DNA of 64,000 nucleotides from Vicugna vicugna (taxonomy: Eukaryota). The stretch is taken from the NCBI GenBank assembly GCA_013265495.1, contig MU057987.1, positions 248,001 to 312,000 of the forward strand, in the 5' to 3' direction. Below the pieces are notes generated by a model. That model worked only from the letters and a program-made list of their open reading frames with translations. It was not told the origin of the DNA and made no database searches. Both the position numbers and the translations under genes were made by a program. Positions 1-12,757 of the stretch are shown piece after piece; position 1 is the first letter of the stretch, and every line of letters starts with the position of its first letter.

Positions 1-619
1 ACTTTCACTAGCCTATCTCTCAGCACCCCTGGCAGGGCCCCTTCTCACCCAAAGCACATCACAGAAGGCAGCAGTCACTGAGAAAATTGGTAGATGTTGT
101 AAAGAAGGTAAAACAACATACATAAAATCACCACCAAGTCCCTATTTCTTTGATCTTTTGGGTTTAAGAAAATGCACAACATTTTGTCTATTATTTTTAA
201 ATCATAAAAATATAGGTTCCAATGTGCCTAGAAAATTTCTGGAAATACACAACAAAACGTTTAATGATGACTGCCCGGGAATGAGAATGCAACTGGCTGG
301 AGGAAGTCCTTTGCTCTGAGCACAATTTCTGGAGGAGGGGCCTCACCACCAGGCGCTTTGGTAAAGTATGACTTCTGAGTTAACGCTGATATCAAGTGTA
401 ATCCCAGACCAACCTCCTTAAGAGGAGGATTCTTCTGTCACTTTAGGATCCTGGCCATTTTCTGAAATAAAATAGGTGCTCAATGTAAGCTTGTCGGATG
501 ATTTGATGAATCAACCAACCAAGCAACCCACCAAAGGGCCTTACACGTGCTACCTAAATTACAACTATAGGCCACTTCCGCCCAAACCCCTTTCTTGCTT
601 CATGACAGCCAGTTTGACC

Positions 620-785
620 AGAATTCACACTTTTTGTCTCTGTCATTTGTTAGCTGTAGGGTTTAGGGTAAATTTTTTGAGTCTCAATTTCCCCCTTTGT
701 AAAATGGGGATGAGCCTTCTTTTGCAAAGTTGTTGTTGAGATTAAGTAGGATGATACCCAGCTTGGGACCAAGTGAATGGTAGGT
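620..785 (+). mobile_element. MIR SINE fragment
   Basis: MIR core-like agctgtagg...tctcaatttccccctttgtaaaatggggatga...gttgttgttgagatta. Confidence 0.7.
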
Positions 786-1885
786 ACCACTGTGGTTAAT
801 TTCTTCTAGGTGCCACTAACTCTCAAGGCTAACTTTGTGGGTGATTTTCCTTCTCTTTATTTCAGTGATGTGGTAGGAACTTAACAACAACAAAAAAATC
901 CTGCAAAAATGTTATTATTCAGCTTCTACTGGGTGATCGGATATCCCAGACTTGGACTGTACTCCCTGTGAGCACTTACAGAAGTGGATGGCAATAATTT
1001 AAAAGACAACGCAGCTGAGCTGATTCATCAGTTAGTGCCCTCCGCTGAACTACGTGTCTCCATGATGTCCCTAAGGTGCTTGCCTATTTCCCAATGCCCT
1101 TCATGTGGCACTTAATAATACAATGTCAAATTTGTCCTTCAATAGGTAATCACATTGTTATCAGAGTTTGAGAGGGACAAAAATAATAATGTGAAATTGT
1201 TGGGGGTGAATGCCACCTTCATAAATGTATTTAATTTCTTCTAATCCCTTTTTCTTTTGGCTGCAACACGAATCCTATGTGAATTTTAATCAGTTTCTAT
1301 AAAAGCATTTCTTTTGAACTTTTTGAAAAATCACACATATCATATTTTCTAGAATGACAGCCACTTTCCATCTTTACATGTGTCCATGTTTTTTTCTAAG
1401 TTCCTTAAAAAGTTAAGAAAAAGTTGATAGAAGTGGCAAACCCTTTTATCTAACCATAACCCTGTTGGTCTAAATACTGAATGCCTTCTTAAGTTGTTTT
1501 TAAAACCTAATAGTCTAAAGTCTAGACAGACATTTCAGTGATTAAGTAAGCTATTTCGTCAATTCAGTTAAATAAATTAGATATGACTAACTCATTTTGG
1601 TGTCTCCTAACTCAGCTTACAGCCTTGTCCAAACATAGTGGGTGCTAATAAATATTTATTGATTTGAGTTGTTTATTCATTGAAGTGAAATGTACTTAGG
1701 TTGAAAGTAGAGCAAGTAATGTTGATAATGCATGTGAAACGCCTAATGGCGCCTATTAAGTCTTTTTCCAATTCTTGCGCACCTTCCTCTGATGAGTGAG
1801 CTTCATTTGCTCCTGTTGTGTTATTGAGCTTGGATTTAGATGCAGATTGGCAAATTGCTTTCCCAATATCTACTATCTGTTTTGT

Positions 1886-1902
1886 TTTAATAACTGTTTA
1901 TT
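1886..1902 (-). promoter_or_regulatory. Candidate polyadenylation signals AATAAA (1897-1902) and ATTAAA (1886-1891)
   Basis: Both hexamers read directly on the minus strand just after the candidate stop codon. Confidence 0.4.
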
Positions 1903-1907
1903 GGGTT

Positions 1908-1959
1908 TTAAGTCATCTCCCCACCGTCTTCGTTCTTCGCGTCCCTCTGTTGTGAACGG
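1908..1959 (-). CDS. Candidate terminal coding exon (RSQQRDAKNEDGGEMT*)
   Basis: Strong acceptor tttcttctttccctttttctcatttgtgcag; TAA at 1908-1910; AATAAA 5 nt downstream; locally CpG-rich. Confidence 0.45.
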
Positions 1960-3786
1960 CTGCACAAATGAGAAAAAGGGAAAGAAGAAACACCATGGAT
2001 GCCAGTGAGAACAGTTTTCTCAGCAGCAGGTGTGACTCATTAATAAGTGAGTTCACTGTCAAAGAAGAATCGTTAATGTTTTCACTCCTGTGAGACAATA
2101 ACTCTGTAAGAGTTTGATTTGATCAAATAATGAGTAGATGAACTGTAGGAGGATTCAGATTAACTGTGAAATGATTACTTCTGGGAATCTGATTTAGTAC
2201 TTTTTAATTTTTAAATATGAGAGCATGATACTGGAAGATCAGTAAGTCTGAGGAAAGAACAAGAGATCACCCAGTATGTTTTTATACACAACCGTAATTA
2301 TACAATTATGAAGCTAATTAAAGTAGCTACACATTAGATTAGCCCTCTTGATCCTTTATATTTTGAATTCCAGTAAGTCACCACGATCAAACCACCAAGG
2401 GGCATATACTTCTATCAGGTAATCTATATTTTGTCACTGTAACCAAAACAAAACGTAAAATACTGGCTTTTTTCTATTTGGCTTAAATGTGAAATTGCTG
2501 TTCCCAACTAGGATGCCCCCCGGGCACTCTCCAGCCCTCCACCTCCACACGTGGGGTTGACCAGACACCCTGAGGAACTCTGACGTGTGACTCTGGCCAT
2601 CCACGTTCTGATCGCAACATTGCCTTTGGTCTTCGGTATTTGAGAACGTTAATGTGGTGTCAGGCATCCTTTACCCCATGTGTTCCTAGCGGCTGGCACC
2701 CAGAGCAGCCCCTCCATCTTTACAGCCTCCACACTAAGCTTCAGGCCGTCCTGGCGGGTGAGGGGCTGTCCCCTTCCCCGGGCTTTTAAGGCCACTGTTC
2801 CACAACGCCGGTAGGTCTTGCCAGTCCATGTCCCCTCCCTCCTTTGATGATCAGACCATGCACTTACATTTCTCTCTAGGTTGTCCTAAGCTGTGCTGGA
2901 GAAAGAAGGAACATTGCTCGCACAAGTGAGATCGTTTTTCTGTATGTGATGTATGGACAGCTGTTCACACTCTAAGAATGCAGTGATTACAACCTAAGTT
3001 GTGGCTGGAAGATGAGTTGTTCTATGTTTCTACTATCAAATTCTGACAGATGAATATCACATGATCAGAAAACAAATTACTGTTCACATTTTCCCACAGC
3101 TGCTGGGTGAGCCTTGCCTCTGCGGTCATCTTCAGTGAAACCCAGCCACAGCGCACGGTTTGACAGAGTCACTGGAAGCCGGTAGCCACAGGTGGCACAA
3201 TGGATGGTGCAGCATCGTGAGGAACAAAGCGGGTGACGCTACACAGATGGCACTAGGGAGCTGTAAAAGCAAGAAACTCTATACTGCTTCCCAGCACGGC
3301 GTTGTGAGAAATTATAGCCATGGCCACCTTTCTGTCCTGATGGGAGACGTGGAATTCGCCAGGAGAGGGTGCATTTGACAACAGAGAGGATAAAGAGATG
3401 GTGCCTGGACACCTCACATGCACTGGAATGGGTAACAAACAAATACTTAAGTACTTCTTTTCTACCCTTTATTCTGTATCTTCATCAATAAATCCCTATG
3501 CCTCATAAATGCCTATAAAAATCTGCATTTTATAACGCATTTTTAAGTGAATCTGTTTATCTAGGCAAGGACCTGGCAAAAAAAGAAAAGAAAGAAAAAA
3601 ACCAGTTTGCCCAAGGCTTCACATGCCCTAGCAGTGGCCCAGAAGTTCTAAATTTGGGAACGTTTTTGATCTGTATCCTTATGCAATGCGAAAACTGCAA
3701 GCCAGGGCTTGTCGGGTCTCATCACTGTCAAGTTCACTAGGAAGAAGTTATAATCTCATAAACCAAACAGTTGTATTTGGGGTCAG

Positions 3787-4156
3787 TGTCTTAGTGAGCC
3801 TGGGCTCTTGTAACAAAATGTCATACGGCGGGTAACTTCAACAACAGACATTTATTTCTCACAGGTCTAGGGGCTGGGGGTCTGAGAGCAGGTTGGGTTC
3901 TGCTGAGAACGCTCTTCCTGCCTTGCACGCGCCTTTTTTTCTCGCTGTGTCCTCACATGGGGAGGGGAGGCAGGAAGTGAGTGAGACTGCCATCTCTCTG
4001 TTCTCGTCTTACAAGGGCGCTCTTCCCGTCACCAGGGCCCTAGTCTCACCATGTCATCTAAACCTGACTTCTCAAAGGCCCCATTGCCGAAGACATCACT
4101 TCGGGAGTTAGGGCTCCAACATGTGAATTGTGGGGGGACACGGTTCAGTCCATAGC
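3787..4156 (-). mobile_element. MLT1A-like solo LTR (ERVL-MaLR)
   Basis: Minus strand starts tgctatggactgaa..gtgtccccccacaattcacatgttg; contains the typical acatttatttctcacag..ggctgg motif on the plus strand. Confidence 0.85.
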
Positions 4157-4227
4157 ACGCAGTCTTCAGTTGCGAGAACTCTGTTCCTAACATTGAATCA
4201 AACCGCGTTTTTGCACTGCATCCCTCC

Positions 4228-4726
4228 GTTGAGGAAGATAAACTTTCCTCTATCCTCTTAAGTTTAGTTTGTGGGAACCTTCCAATTAAACTAACAAAAG
4301 ATAGATTAAGCACCCCATTTTTATTAACATTTATGTGCACAGGAGTTCACAGAAAAGAAACGAAATTCAAAGTCACAGACTAGGGGCATATATATTCTTT
4401 TAACAAAGGAAAGAGGGTTTGCACTTCCAGGGATGACCAATTGTGGGGAAGTGACTTGGGGATATACGGGGGAACTGATGGAAAATAAAGGCTATTCTAA
4501 TAAGGTCTGTTGATGCAAACTCTTCTGGTGTCAGTTCCCCAACTTCTATGGTATGAGTCACTTTTCTCTCCCTGGTAGGAGATGAGGGGTTCCTTCCCCA
4601 AAGGGAATTTTCCATCCTATTTTTAAGGAGATGAGAGAGTAGAGAACTCTTTCTGCATCTGTTGCCTTCAGCACAAAATAATCCATCTGCCAAAGCATCA
4701 CATTTTGGGGGAAGTGATCACCTTCA
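4228..4726 (-). mobile_element. MER34-family ERV1 solo LTR
   Basis: Minus strand starts tgaagg..cccccaaaatgtgatgctttggcagatggattattttgtgctgaaggcaa, as in MER34-type LTRs. Confidence 0.75.
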
Positions 4727-4879
4727 CCTGCGACAGCGGTCCTCACTACGCATCAGAACTTTTTTTTTTTGATTAGGTGACCAGGTTCATGCCTCAGTGA
4801 TCAGCTTTCACATGGTCTAGGGGGCCCAGATGGGGGGAGACCCCAGGAACACTGCTGACGCCCTGCCGTGGGGCCAGAT

Positions 4880-5070
4880 TGGTGCTACTTCTCATTCCGG
4901 CTGCACAAGGTCGTCCAAGAACGTTTGAAAACATATCGCTGCCAAGGCTCTCCCAGAGACTAATTAAATCAAAATTTCAAGTGATGGGGCCCTAAGATTG
5001 GTCATTTGGAACTTTATAAACGCTCAGATAACTCTGGTCTGCAATGAATGTGGGGACGACGACTCTAGAG
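4880..5070. mobile_element. MER5-like hAT-Charlie MITE remnant
   Basis: Degenerate match to ccagagactaattaaatcaaaattt..ggggcc; ends at a ctctagag target-like site. Confidence 0.5.
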
Positions 5071-6959
5071 CAATTTCAGCTGGTGTTTCTCTCTCTCCAC
5101 ATAGTGAAAAAGCACACTCTCTTTTTTTCCAAATCAACTGATTTCTCTGTCCAGAAAAACAAACTTAATCATAAATCTCATTCTATGCCAAAAGTTGTGA
5201 TCTTCGACCTAGAAGATGCTCAAGTTCTTCTCATGTTCAACCACAAACTTCCCCGGATCTTAATTCCGTTGGTTCATTATTCGCATGGACCCATCCCCAG
5301 TCTCCTGAAAAGCAGAGCCTCTCTAATTTCGTGTGTTTGTGTTTATCCGTAAATAGACCGTGTAGGAGTCTGGGGCTGCTTTCCGAACGGTGCCACAAGG
5401 AGACCCAGGACTATGCCAGGCAAGTTTCTGCCATCCCTGCCCTGCCCGCCTTCGCAGAGCAGGACCACATCCGCGCAACCAGCCCCCATCAGGTGGGAGG
5501 CAAAGCAGGCTGCCTGACTGATCAGCAAAAACGGGAGCTGGCAGGCTTGGGAGGAACACAACCAAATCTCAGGCTTGTGTTTATCCAATCGATAAATGCC
5601 ACGGCTCCTGAATAACTGTTGTTTAAACTCATCTCTCCGTGGCAGGACAAAAGGAGTGTAATGAAAGCCACACCGTTAGAGAGCTCATTAGAGTCAGGGA
5701 GGAGAAAGCAGGCTTTGAGATCATCGCTCTCAGGCCGACAACACCCAGACCGTCTTTCAGTTCACAATAAGATCAGTGGGCAGGGCGGTGGCTAGGCAGA
5801 GCCATTTGCTTTGTCTGGAGAAAGATCACAGAGAGGAGGACAATCAGTAGCTTCATGGTAGAAAAATCTCCCTGGTTTGCGCAAGCCTTTCGCTGAATCT
5901 TTTGTTGCTAATTCGGTTTTGGTAATATGAATCTCCTCCAGCGCCTTTCAGTGGGAGCATTCTAGGAGCGGCTAGCCAAGCAGAAAGGCCACAGATCAGG
6001 CCTATTGTCTGCTGGCAAAGGCTCCATTGAACCCTAATGGACGCAGGAATCCAGCAAAACAAAGAATCCTTAGTGCTTTGCTCAAATGAATCCTACATCA
6101 GAGGCTAAGGGAGTCGTTTTGATTATCTGAAAAGGTAGTGATTGGAACAGCATATATCATGAACCCCTCTCCCCAGATAAAAAAAAAAAAAAAGAAAGAA
6201 AGGAGGAAGGAAGGAAAGGAAGTAAGAATGAATGAACCCAAAAATGAGAGAAAGAATGAAACTTCTCTACCTGCAATATTTCCTCAAGGGTCTGTTGGCA
6301 AATATTTGAAAGCTTGTAACACAACACTGTAAACTGACTACACTTCAATTAAAAAAATTAATATTTTTTTTAAAAAGTGTAAGAAAGCTTAGAATTCCTA
6401 TGCTGCGTGGTCTGCAGCATCCTTTACATGAAGGCAGACATCTGCTACTCATTGTTTCTAGAGAGTCTGGCTGTGTTAGTCTTTCAGCTGGTCTTCCCAG
6501 TGTTTGTGACAAGTGGGACGAGGAAGGGCGTGTTCAGCTTGGCTGTACAAGACGTTACCTTTTAATGTACTGTAACTTCTAGAAATCAAGTCATCTTTTC
6601 TCTAAAATCGTGAGCATTCATTTTGTTAGTCTGAATTTGTAATTTCTGCACTGGCTCTCCGCCGAGTTCCTCCTCTAACCCGAAAGACTCTCTTTACCTG
6701 ATGGGGACACTTTAGTGACATTTCGGCTCTCACTATTGGGGTCAGGTTGCCGACTAAGCACAGGGCGCTGTGACTGTTAGAAAATGACAAAGTGAAAGGA
6801 CTTTAGCACTGAAATTAAGACAGGCGAATGGAAGCGTGAGTTATCTTAACCTGGAGAAACGGCATTTGACCATCACCAAGAGGGATTTACTCATTCTACT
6901 GCAATAAAGAAATACAAAAAATAATAATAATAAAACAGAAATCACCACCCACACCACTG

Positions 6960-7150
6960 ACTGACCACTTTCCATATGACAAGAGTTAAGTTCATTTAAT
7001 ACCCACAAACACCCTGAAGGAGAAATGAAGCTATTTTTACTATTTTACAAGAAACAAAACAGGTTAAGAGCACTCAGGGGACTTGCAAGAAGCCATGGAG
7101 CAACTAAGCAGATCCACGACTGGACCCCAAGGCTGGCTGCCGCCAAGACC
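6960..7150 (-). mobile_element. MIR SINE fragment
   Basis: catttaatacccacaaacaccctgaag...tattttacaagaaacaaaacagg resembles the reverse MIR core. Confidence 0.55.
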
Positions 7151-7705
7151 CACCCTCCGTGGAGCCTCCTCCAGTTTCCCTCCAGCACCCTTTCCAGATT
7201 TATCCTTTCCTCTTCTTTATCCTACAGAGATGGTCTCCCAAACCTGTCCTTTCTGAAACCGACTGAAAAAAGATCTGCCTTGCTGCTCCCAGATTATGAA
7301 ATGGGGGACTTTAGTTTGAAAAAAAAACATTTTATTCAGTTGGGAGGTTTGGTTCCTTCTTCTGTGATCCAGTTAAAATAACGTCCTACAGAGCCCTTTA
7401 GAAAGAAAACTGCAAGGAGGCAGAAAAACAGGCTTAAGGCAGACTTAGCTACTGCCCCCTGCTCTCCTCCCTAAGGGTTCTGCAAGAGCCGCTGCCACGT
7501 CCCTCTGCTTAAAGATTTGCCCACATCAGTGCAGCTCCAGGAGAAGGAGGATGCTCACGAGTGAGTCTCATGCCGCTGTCTTCAGGATCAGCACGCATCC
7601 AACAAACATAGACGTTCGGTCAGACGTGACGTAAGCAAGGACTTTCACATCGCTCCCCGTGGCAGGGGGATTCCATTTGGTTCTTCTTAGATTTTTAATC
7701 CCTAC

Positions 7706-7968
7706 TAGGGTTGTCAGCGTCAGCAAATAAAAATATAAGATGCACAGCTGAATCTGAATTTCAGATAGGCAATGAAAAATTTCCTAGTAAATTTAAGTTT
7801 ATATTTCCCATAAAAGGTAACGTTTAGTGTAAATGTTTTTAACAGAAGTGTGTCCCAGGCAATATCTGGGGTATTCTTATACTAACAAGTTATTTATATT
7901 AAAAATTATATATTGTTTTTCAGAAATTTAAATATAACTGGATATCCTAATCTTATTTGGCAACCACA
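7706..7968. mobile_element. MER53 palindromic hAT MITE
   Basis: Ends tagggttgtcag..agcaaataaaaata..gaatttcagata and cagaaatttaaatataactggatatcct..tggcaacc match the MER53 inverted repeats. Confidence 0.8.
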
Positions 7969-8057
7969 GGACTCACTATGCTGAATCTGCACATGATGAT
8001 GAAACCTGGAATGGGCTGTTTGCGGGAAGAGACTTTGCCTTTAAATTAAAAAAAAAA

Positions 8058-8410
8058 TTCAGAGAAAGACAAATACTATATGACATCACTTGTATGTGGA
8101 ATCTTAAAAATAAAAGCAAACTAGTGAATACAACAAAAAAGAAACAGACTCACAGATATAGAGAACTAGAGGTTACCAGCGGGGAGAGGAAGGAGGGGAG
8201 AGGCAACGTAGGGGTAGGGTATTAAGTGGTACAAACTACTAGGTATAAAATAAATAAGCCACAAAGATATATTGTACAGCACAGGGAATACAGCCAATAT
8301 TTTATAATAACTATAAATGGACTATAAACTTGAGAAATTATAAATCACTGTGTTCTACCCTTGAGACTTACATAATATTGTACTTCAACTCTACCTCGAT
8401 TAAGAAAAAA
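8058..8410 (+). mobile_element. L1 3' end (artiodactyl-type 3'UTR), 5'-truncated
   Basis: agagaaagacaaatactatatgacatcacttgtatgtggaatct...cagcacagggaata...A-rich tail. Confidence 0.9.
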
Positions 8411-8802
8411 GGAAAATCTCCTCCCCCTCAGCCAAAAAATTCCAAAAACTGACAGTATTCGACTACAGAAGAGATCTGACTACTCTAAGAGAACAAAGCC
8501 ATTTCTGGCCACAATGTATTATCATATACCACTTCCTCACAGCTGTAAACAGCTATTAAGTACAAACAATGAAGGCACTGACAGACCAAAAAAAAAAATT
8601 AAGACACATAGTAATGTAGGTGCATATTTATTTGCAGTCTATTCTGAGTACCACTGTGAGAAAACTAAAGAATGTGTCAGTTGGTGTAACATTTTCCTTG
8701 TAATTTTATTGTGATTTCATTGTCACTTGATTGCTAATTTATTGTCTTTGTTTTTTGAGGGTTTTTTGGTATCAATCGTGGTGGAATATTTTCCGGACAC
8801 AT

Positions 8803-8920
8803 ACTCATTCATTCACTCAACAAACATTTACTGAGTACTAACTATGTGCTAGGCATTTACCTTGTGCGATAAGGACTCAAAAATGAATATAAGCCAACCA
8901 GTATCTTTAGGCAACCTCCT
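8803..8920 (-). mobile_element. L2 3' end
   Basis: cattcattcactcaacaaacatttactgagtactaactatgtgctaggca. Confidence 0.75.
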
Positions 8921-9811
8921 GTTCTGTTACGAGCGTCAGTGCCAGAGGATTCAGGGAGGAAGGCATCACTTACGCCTGAAGTCAGAGGCACGGTGGGGTG
9001 GACACAAGTGGACCTCCCATCCGTCCATGTTGAAAAAAGAAAAAAGTTGTTGTCAGAAACCAGTCCTTATAATTCAACCACCTCAGTATTTACTAACTTT
9101 TGCTGCCTAATATTTCACAGGAATGGCAAATTGGAACAAGGATGTTTCAAATAGAAAATTATTTTTAAAAGTAAAGAAAAGGCCTCCAGTGACCGCTTGC
9201 TAGTCCTTCATTGTTCCGCTTGGGTGGTTTTACTTTAAGTGTCACGAGTAGTTAGCCTTGAGTGCACGTTAATGAGCTTCAGCACGTCTCATCATTTTGC
9301 CAGGATCAACAAATACCGCTTTTACAAGCGTTAACTCCATACTGCTTTCTCAGGGTCTCATCTGGGAAAACTGATTTATTTTCTCAGGGCCTGTTTGTTG
9401 TTGCTGTTGTTTTATCAATAGAGTGTGAAAAATATATATTATGATTTCTACCTTCCTACCCGGAATAGTAATGAAGGCAGTGCCTGCGAGAAGCCTTCCA
9501 CCTCCTGCAGGATTCTGAACTCCTGAGCTGCGCAGCGTGGCTCAGCCCAGCTCCACACATCCCTCAGACTGGTGGTAGCTAGGAGGAGCTGCTGGCTAGG
9601 TATCTCAACTCAAATGAAAGCGCTTTGCACTCTTCCTGAAGCGCAAAGCTACTGCTGTTTACACTTAAGCTGTGGGTCTTGAAGCTTTGCATCCCCTTGC
9701 TTCTTGGGTTTGCGTGCGGCGTGTGAACCGGGGCTGCAGAGAGAAATTACTGCTGGTCTCATTACCGCCTGTCTGGGTTTGGGCTCCAGATGACGCATCT
9801 GGGTCGCTTAC

Positions 9812-9927
9812 ATCTGCACCAGAATCTGTTTTCTTCTGCTGTCTCCGATTATTGCTACTTCTTTGTGTTGACACAGCTCCAACGGACTCAAAGATACTTC
9901 AGTGTCATTATTTCTCTCAACAACATC
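9812..9927 (-). CDS. Candidate internal exon (DVVERNNDTEVSLSPLELCQHKEVAIIGDSRRKQILVQ)
   Basis: Donor GAT|GTAAGC. Acceptor weak and ambiguous (AG at 9928-9929 or 9932-9933). A second frame is also partly open. Confidence 0.3.
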
Positions 9928-12649
9928 CTTCCTTAATAAAGATGATTTTTTCCATCAATGTCAAGAATGGCCAAATAATGTTCAAAAATATTTGTATCTA
10001 TCCTTCATTGCAGACAATCCCATCAATGTTTTAATACAAAACAAATCCCCAGACACTGAGAGCAGAGCTAACAGGCCAATTGTCACAGAAGAGAACTCAG
10101 ACAGGTCAACAATCATTTATTTCAAAATATCATTTCCCTACCAAGGTCAAGCCATCTCAGGAGTCAGCGGACATGTACCTGGAAGCCTCGGGGGGACAAC
10201 TGCAGTTAGTCTACTGTTGTCCATGTGACATTTTTCCCTATTATCCATCAAGAATGAGTCACAGTCACATTAGATGATGACCTCAATTTCAGCAAACTTT
10301 TTTTTTTTGCTTTGATGTTATTACAGTTAAACTGTAAGTATCGTGCACAGAGGCACTGTTGGTATTTGCTTTCCAATTAACTGATAAAGCCCCTCAAAAT
10401 TTCACTGTAACATGTGAGAGGCCTTGAAGGGAAAACCATCTCTGGATGAGGAGTTTCATACAATTGCTCAGTGACAGTTGGGATGCCTTGTGTTCCAGAG
10501 CAATTCTTACCAACAAGTATTTGTCACGTTTAATTGACAGTTGAATGTTATAATTATGTATTAAGAATATTTACTCCAGCCAAGCATTAAGGTAAGCAAA
10601 TAACTTAGCTTTTTCTCTCCTAAGAATTAGGGAGAAGCATGCTAAATATTTCCTTATTTACTTACAGACTGCCTGTAACCACATATCTCTGAAGGCCTTT
10701 TGGGAATGGCATCTGAAGTTTCGTGTGTGCGATCAGTATCACAGCAGTGTGGCTTGCCACTTGGGCTCCATCAAAGCCGGGCCGACTCCTGGCCCTTTCT
10801 CTGCTTAAGAAACAGAGCCTGATCTTGATCCTAACAGCATCTGTTTAGGATTACCCACTATGTTTAAATGCTCCTCCTTTGACCTCCGATTTTTTGCAGA
10901 ATCCTATCCAGTTCTTATCTCCTAAGGGTGCCACTTTTGCTTAGAATGAGATAGAGTGTCTGCCTGACTAGAGATACAGGCCTGAGAATTGTGAATTCTT
11001 CCTTGTAAAATCTGGGTTCTTTTTCCCCCCAGCATTTATACTGAGTGTTAGAGAAAAAGACAAAGAAGGAAGGGATGACGCGTGACTTTCCCCCGCTGCC
11101 TTCCTATCACCTCTTCTGTTTCTAAAATTGCCTCTTTTCTCTTGGGAAAGGGGGAAGTGCCTTCTTTGCATGGCAGAGTGTGGCTAAGAAGAGGCCAGGT
11201 CTGAGTGAGAAGTCAGAGCTTTTATAAAGTACGTGAAAAGTCCCCACTGTGCAACACTGTTTAATGCTGCTTTTTTCTGTATCAAGTTTTTTTTTTTTTA
11301 AGTCTCTTTATATTTGTGAGTGAGTGGACAGGACTGGGGTTCTTTCTCATGGGCTCCCATCTCAAAACCCTTTCAGATATCAGGAGAGTGGTAGATTCCC
11401 ACGTTTTGCTGTTGCTCCAATGGCCACAGTAAATACAACGGACAAACATGGTGATGCGTAAGGACTGTGGAAAGTGAAAAATCATTATGGTACAATTATT
11501 TTATTACCAAAGGAAAAAAAAAACACAACCTTCGAAAAGATGATGAGATGTTTAATGCCTAAAAGCAAAACCTGTGGGTAAGTCCGAACTTTCAAAGAAG
11601 TCGATAAAGAGAGCGCTTGAGAGATTCGGAGAAGACCTTCCAAACGCCTTCCCTCTCCCTCCCTTCTCTGTCTGCATCTCCACACACAAATGCATCCACA
11701 CCAGTCATCAATGCTTACAAGCATCCTGGGATTTGCTCTGTTGAAGCTAATCAAAAGGAAAGTTCTACTGAGAGGGGTAACACTTTACCTGAACCACCAT
11801 CTATCAGCTCAAATTAGTTTACAATATCCGGTTAGAAGAACTCTGAGTAAATTGGGCAGAAGTACCCTGGTGTTCTCAAATAGCCCAATCAGCTCAGTAC
11901 TCAGGAGAAAGCATGGTGGGACACCTGCACCTTAAGAAACTGGGCAGCAATTTAGATACTACTGGCGGGGTGGTGTCTGGAGACACAGAAAAATTCTGAG
12001 CCCAGAGCGAGTGGTTAAGGGGAACAGAGGCAGGGCCGAAGGGAGAGGGTCCAGGGAGGTAAATGAGTTACAAGGGACACTGGAGTATGAGTCCTTTTAT
12101 TCATAGGTAAGCCTGGTGATGAGTGTCTCTGAGCATCTATGAACAGGCCAGTGACAAAATGTGCAACCATTTCCCTCACATTTACGAGACCACCTAACTG
12201 AGCCAGCTGAGGCATACATCTTTTTTTCTGTACAAATTCACTGTTAAGAAAATATTACTGTATATCATCTAGTGATCTGTTAGAACTGGGAATTAATCAG
12301 TGGGAAACAATCACCTCTGAAAGCCTTTGCTGCTGATTAAATAAATGTAAGACAAAATTAGTACAAATGGGTAACAAGAAATGATTTCCATATTTTACTG
12401 ACAAGCAACGTTAGGAATCATTATCCTAATGGCTTATGAACTTCTGTATTATCAAATGACATTCTGGAATAATATTATGATTAGGAGGAGGGTTTCTCAT
12501 CCCTGCGTGACACATAAGCAAGGAGGTTCTGTAACACCTATACAGGTTCACCCCCGTAGTGAAGCACTGTTGTAACAGCGCAGAGAGGAATGTAAGCTTA
12601 CTGATGGACGCTACGTATTCAGAAGGTCCTAGAAAGCCACGGTCATCAC

Positions 12650-12757
12650 CATCAATTCTTTTCTCTTTCCGATAAGTTTCTCCAGGGTGGGAAGTTCGTC
12701 TTTATGACTTAAAGAACTGTCTGCAGTGAATCCACTGAATGACAGCAGGGCAGGATC
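12650..12757 (-). CDS. Candidate exon (DPALLSFSGFTADSSLSHKDELPTLEKLIGKRKELM)
   Basis: Strong acceptor cttctcctctcttctag; only phase 0 is open; donor ATG|GTGATG is weak and read-through gives VMTVAF*. Confidence 0.45.

Noticed and set aside
11789..11930. Minus-strand donor CAG|GTAAAG with upstream acceptors
   Set aside because: Stops in all frames for the plausible acceptors.
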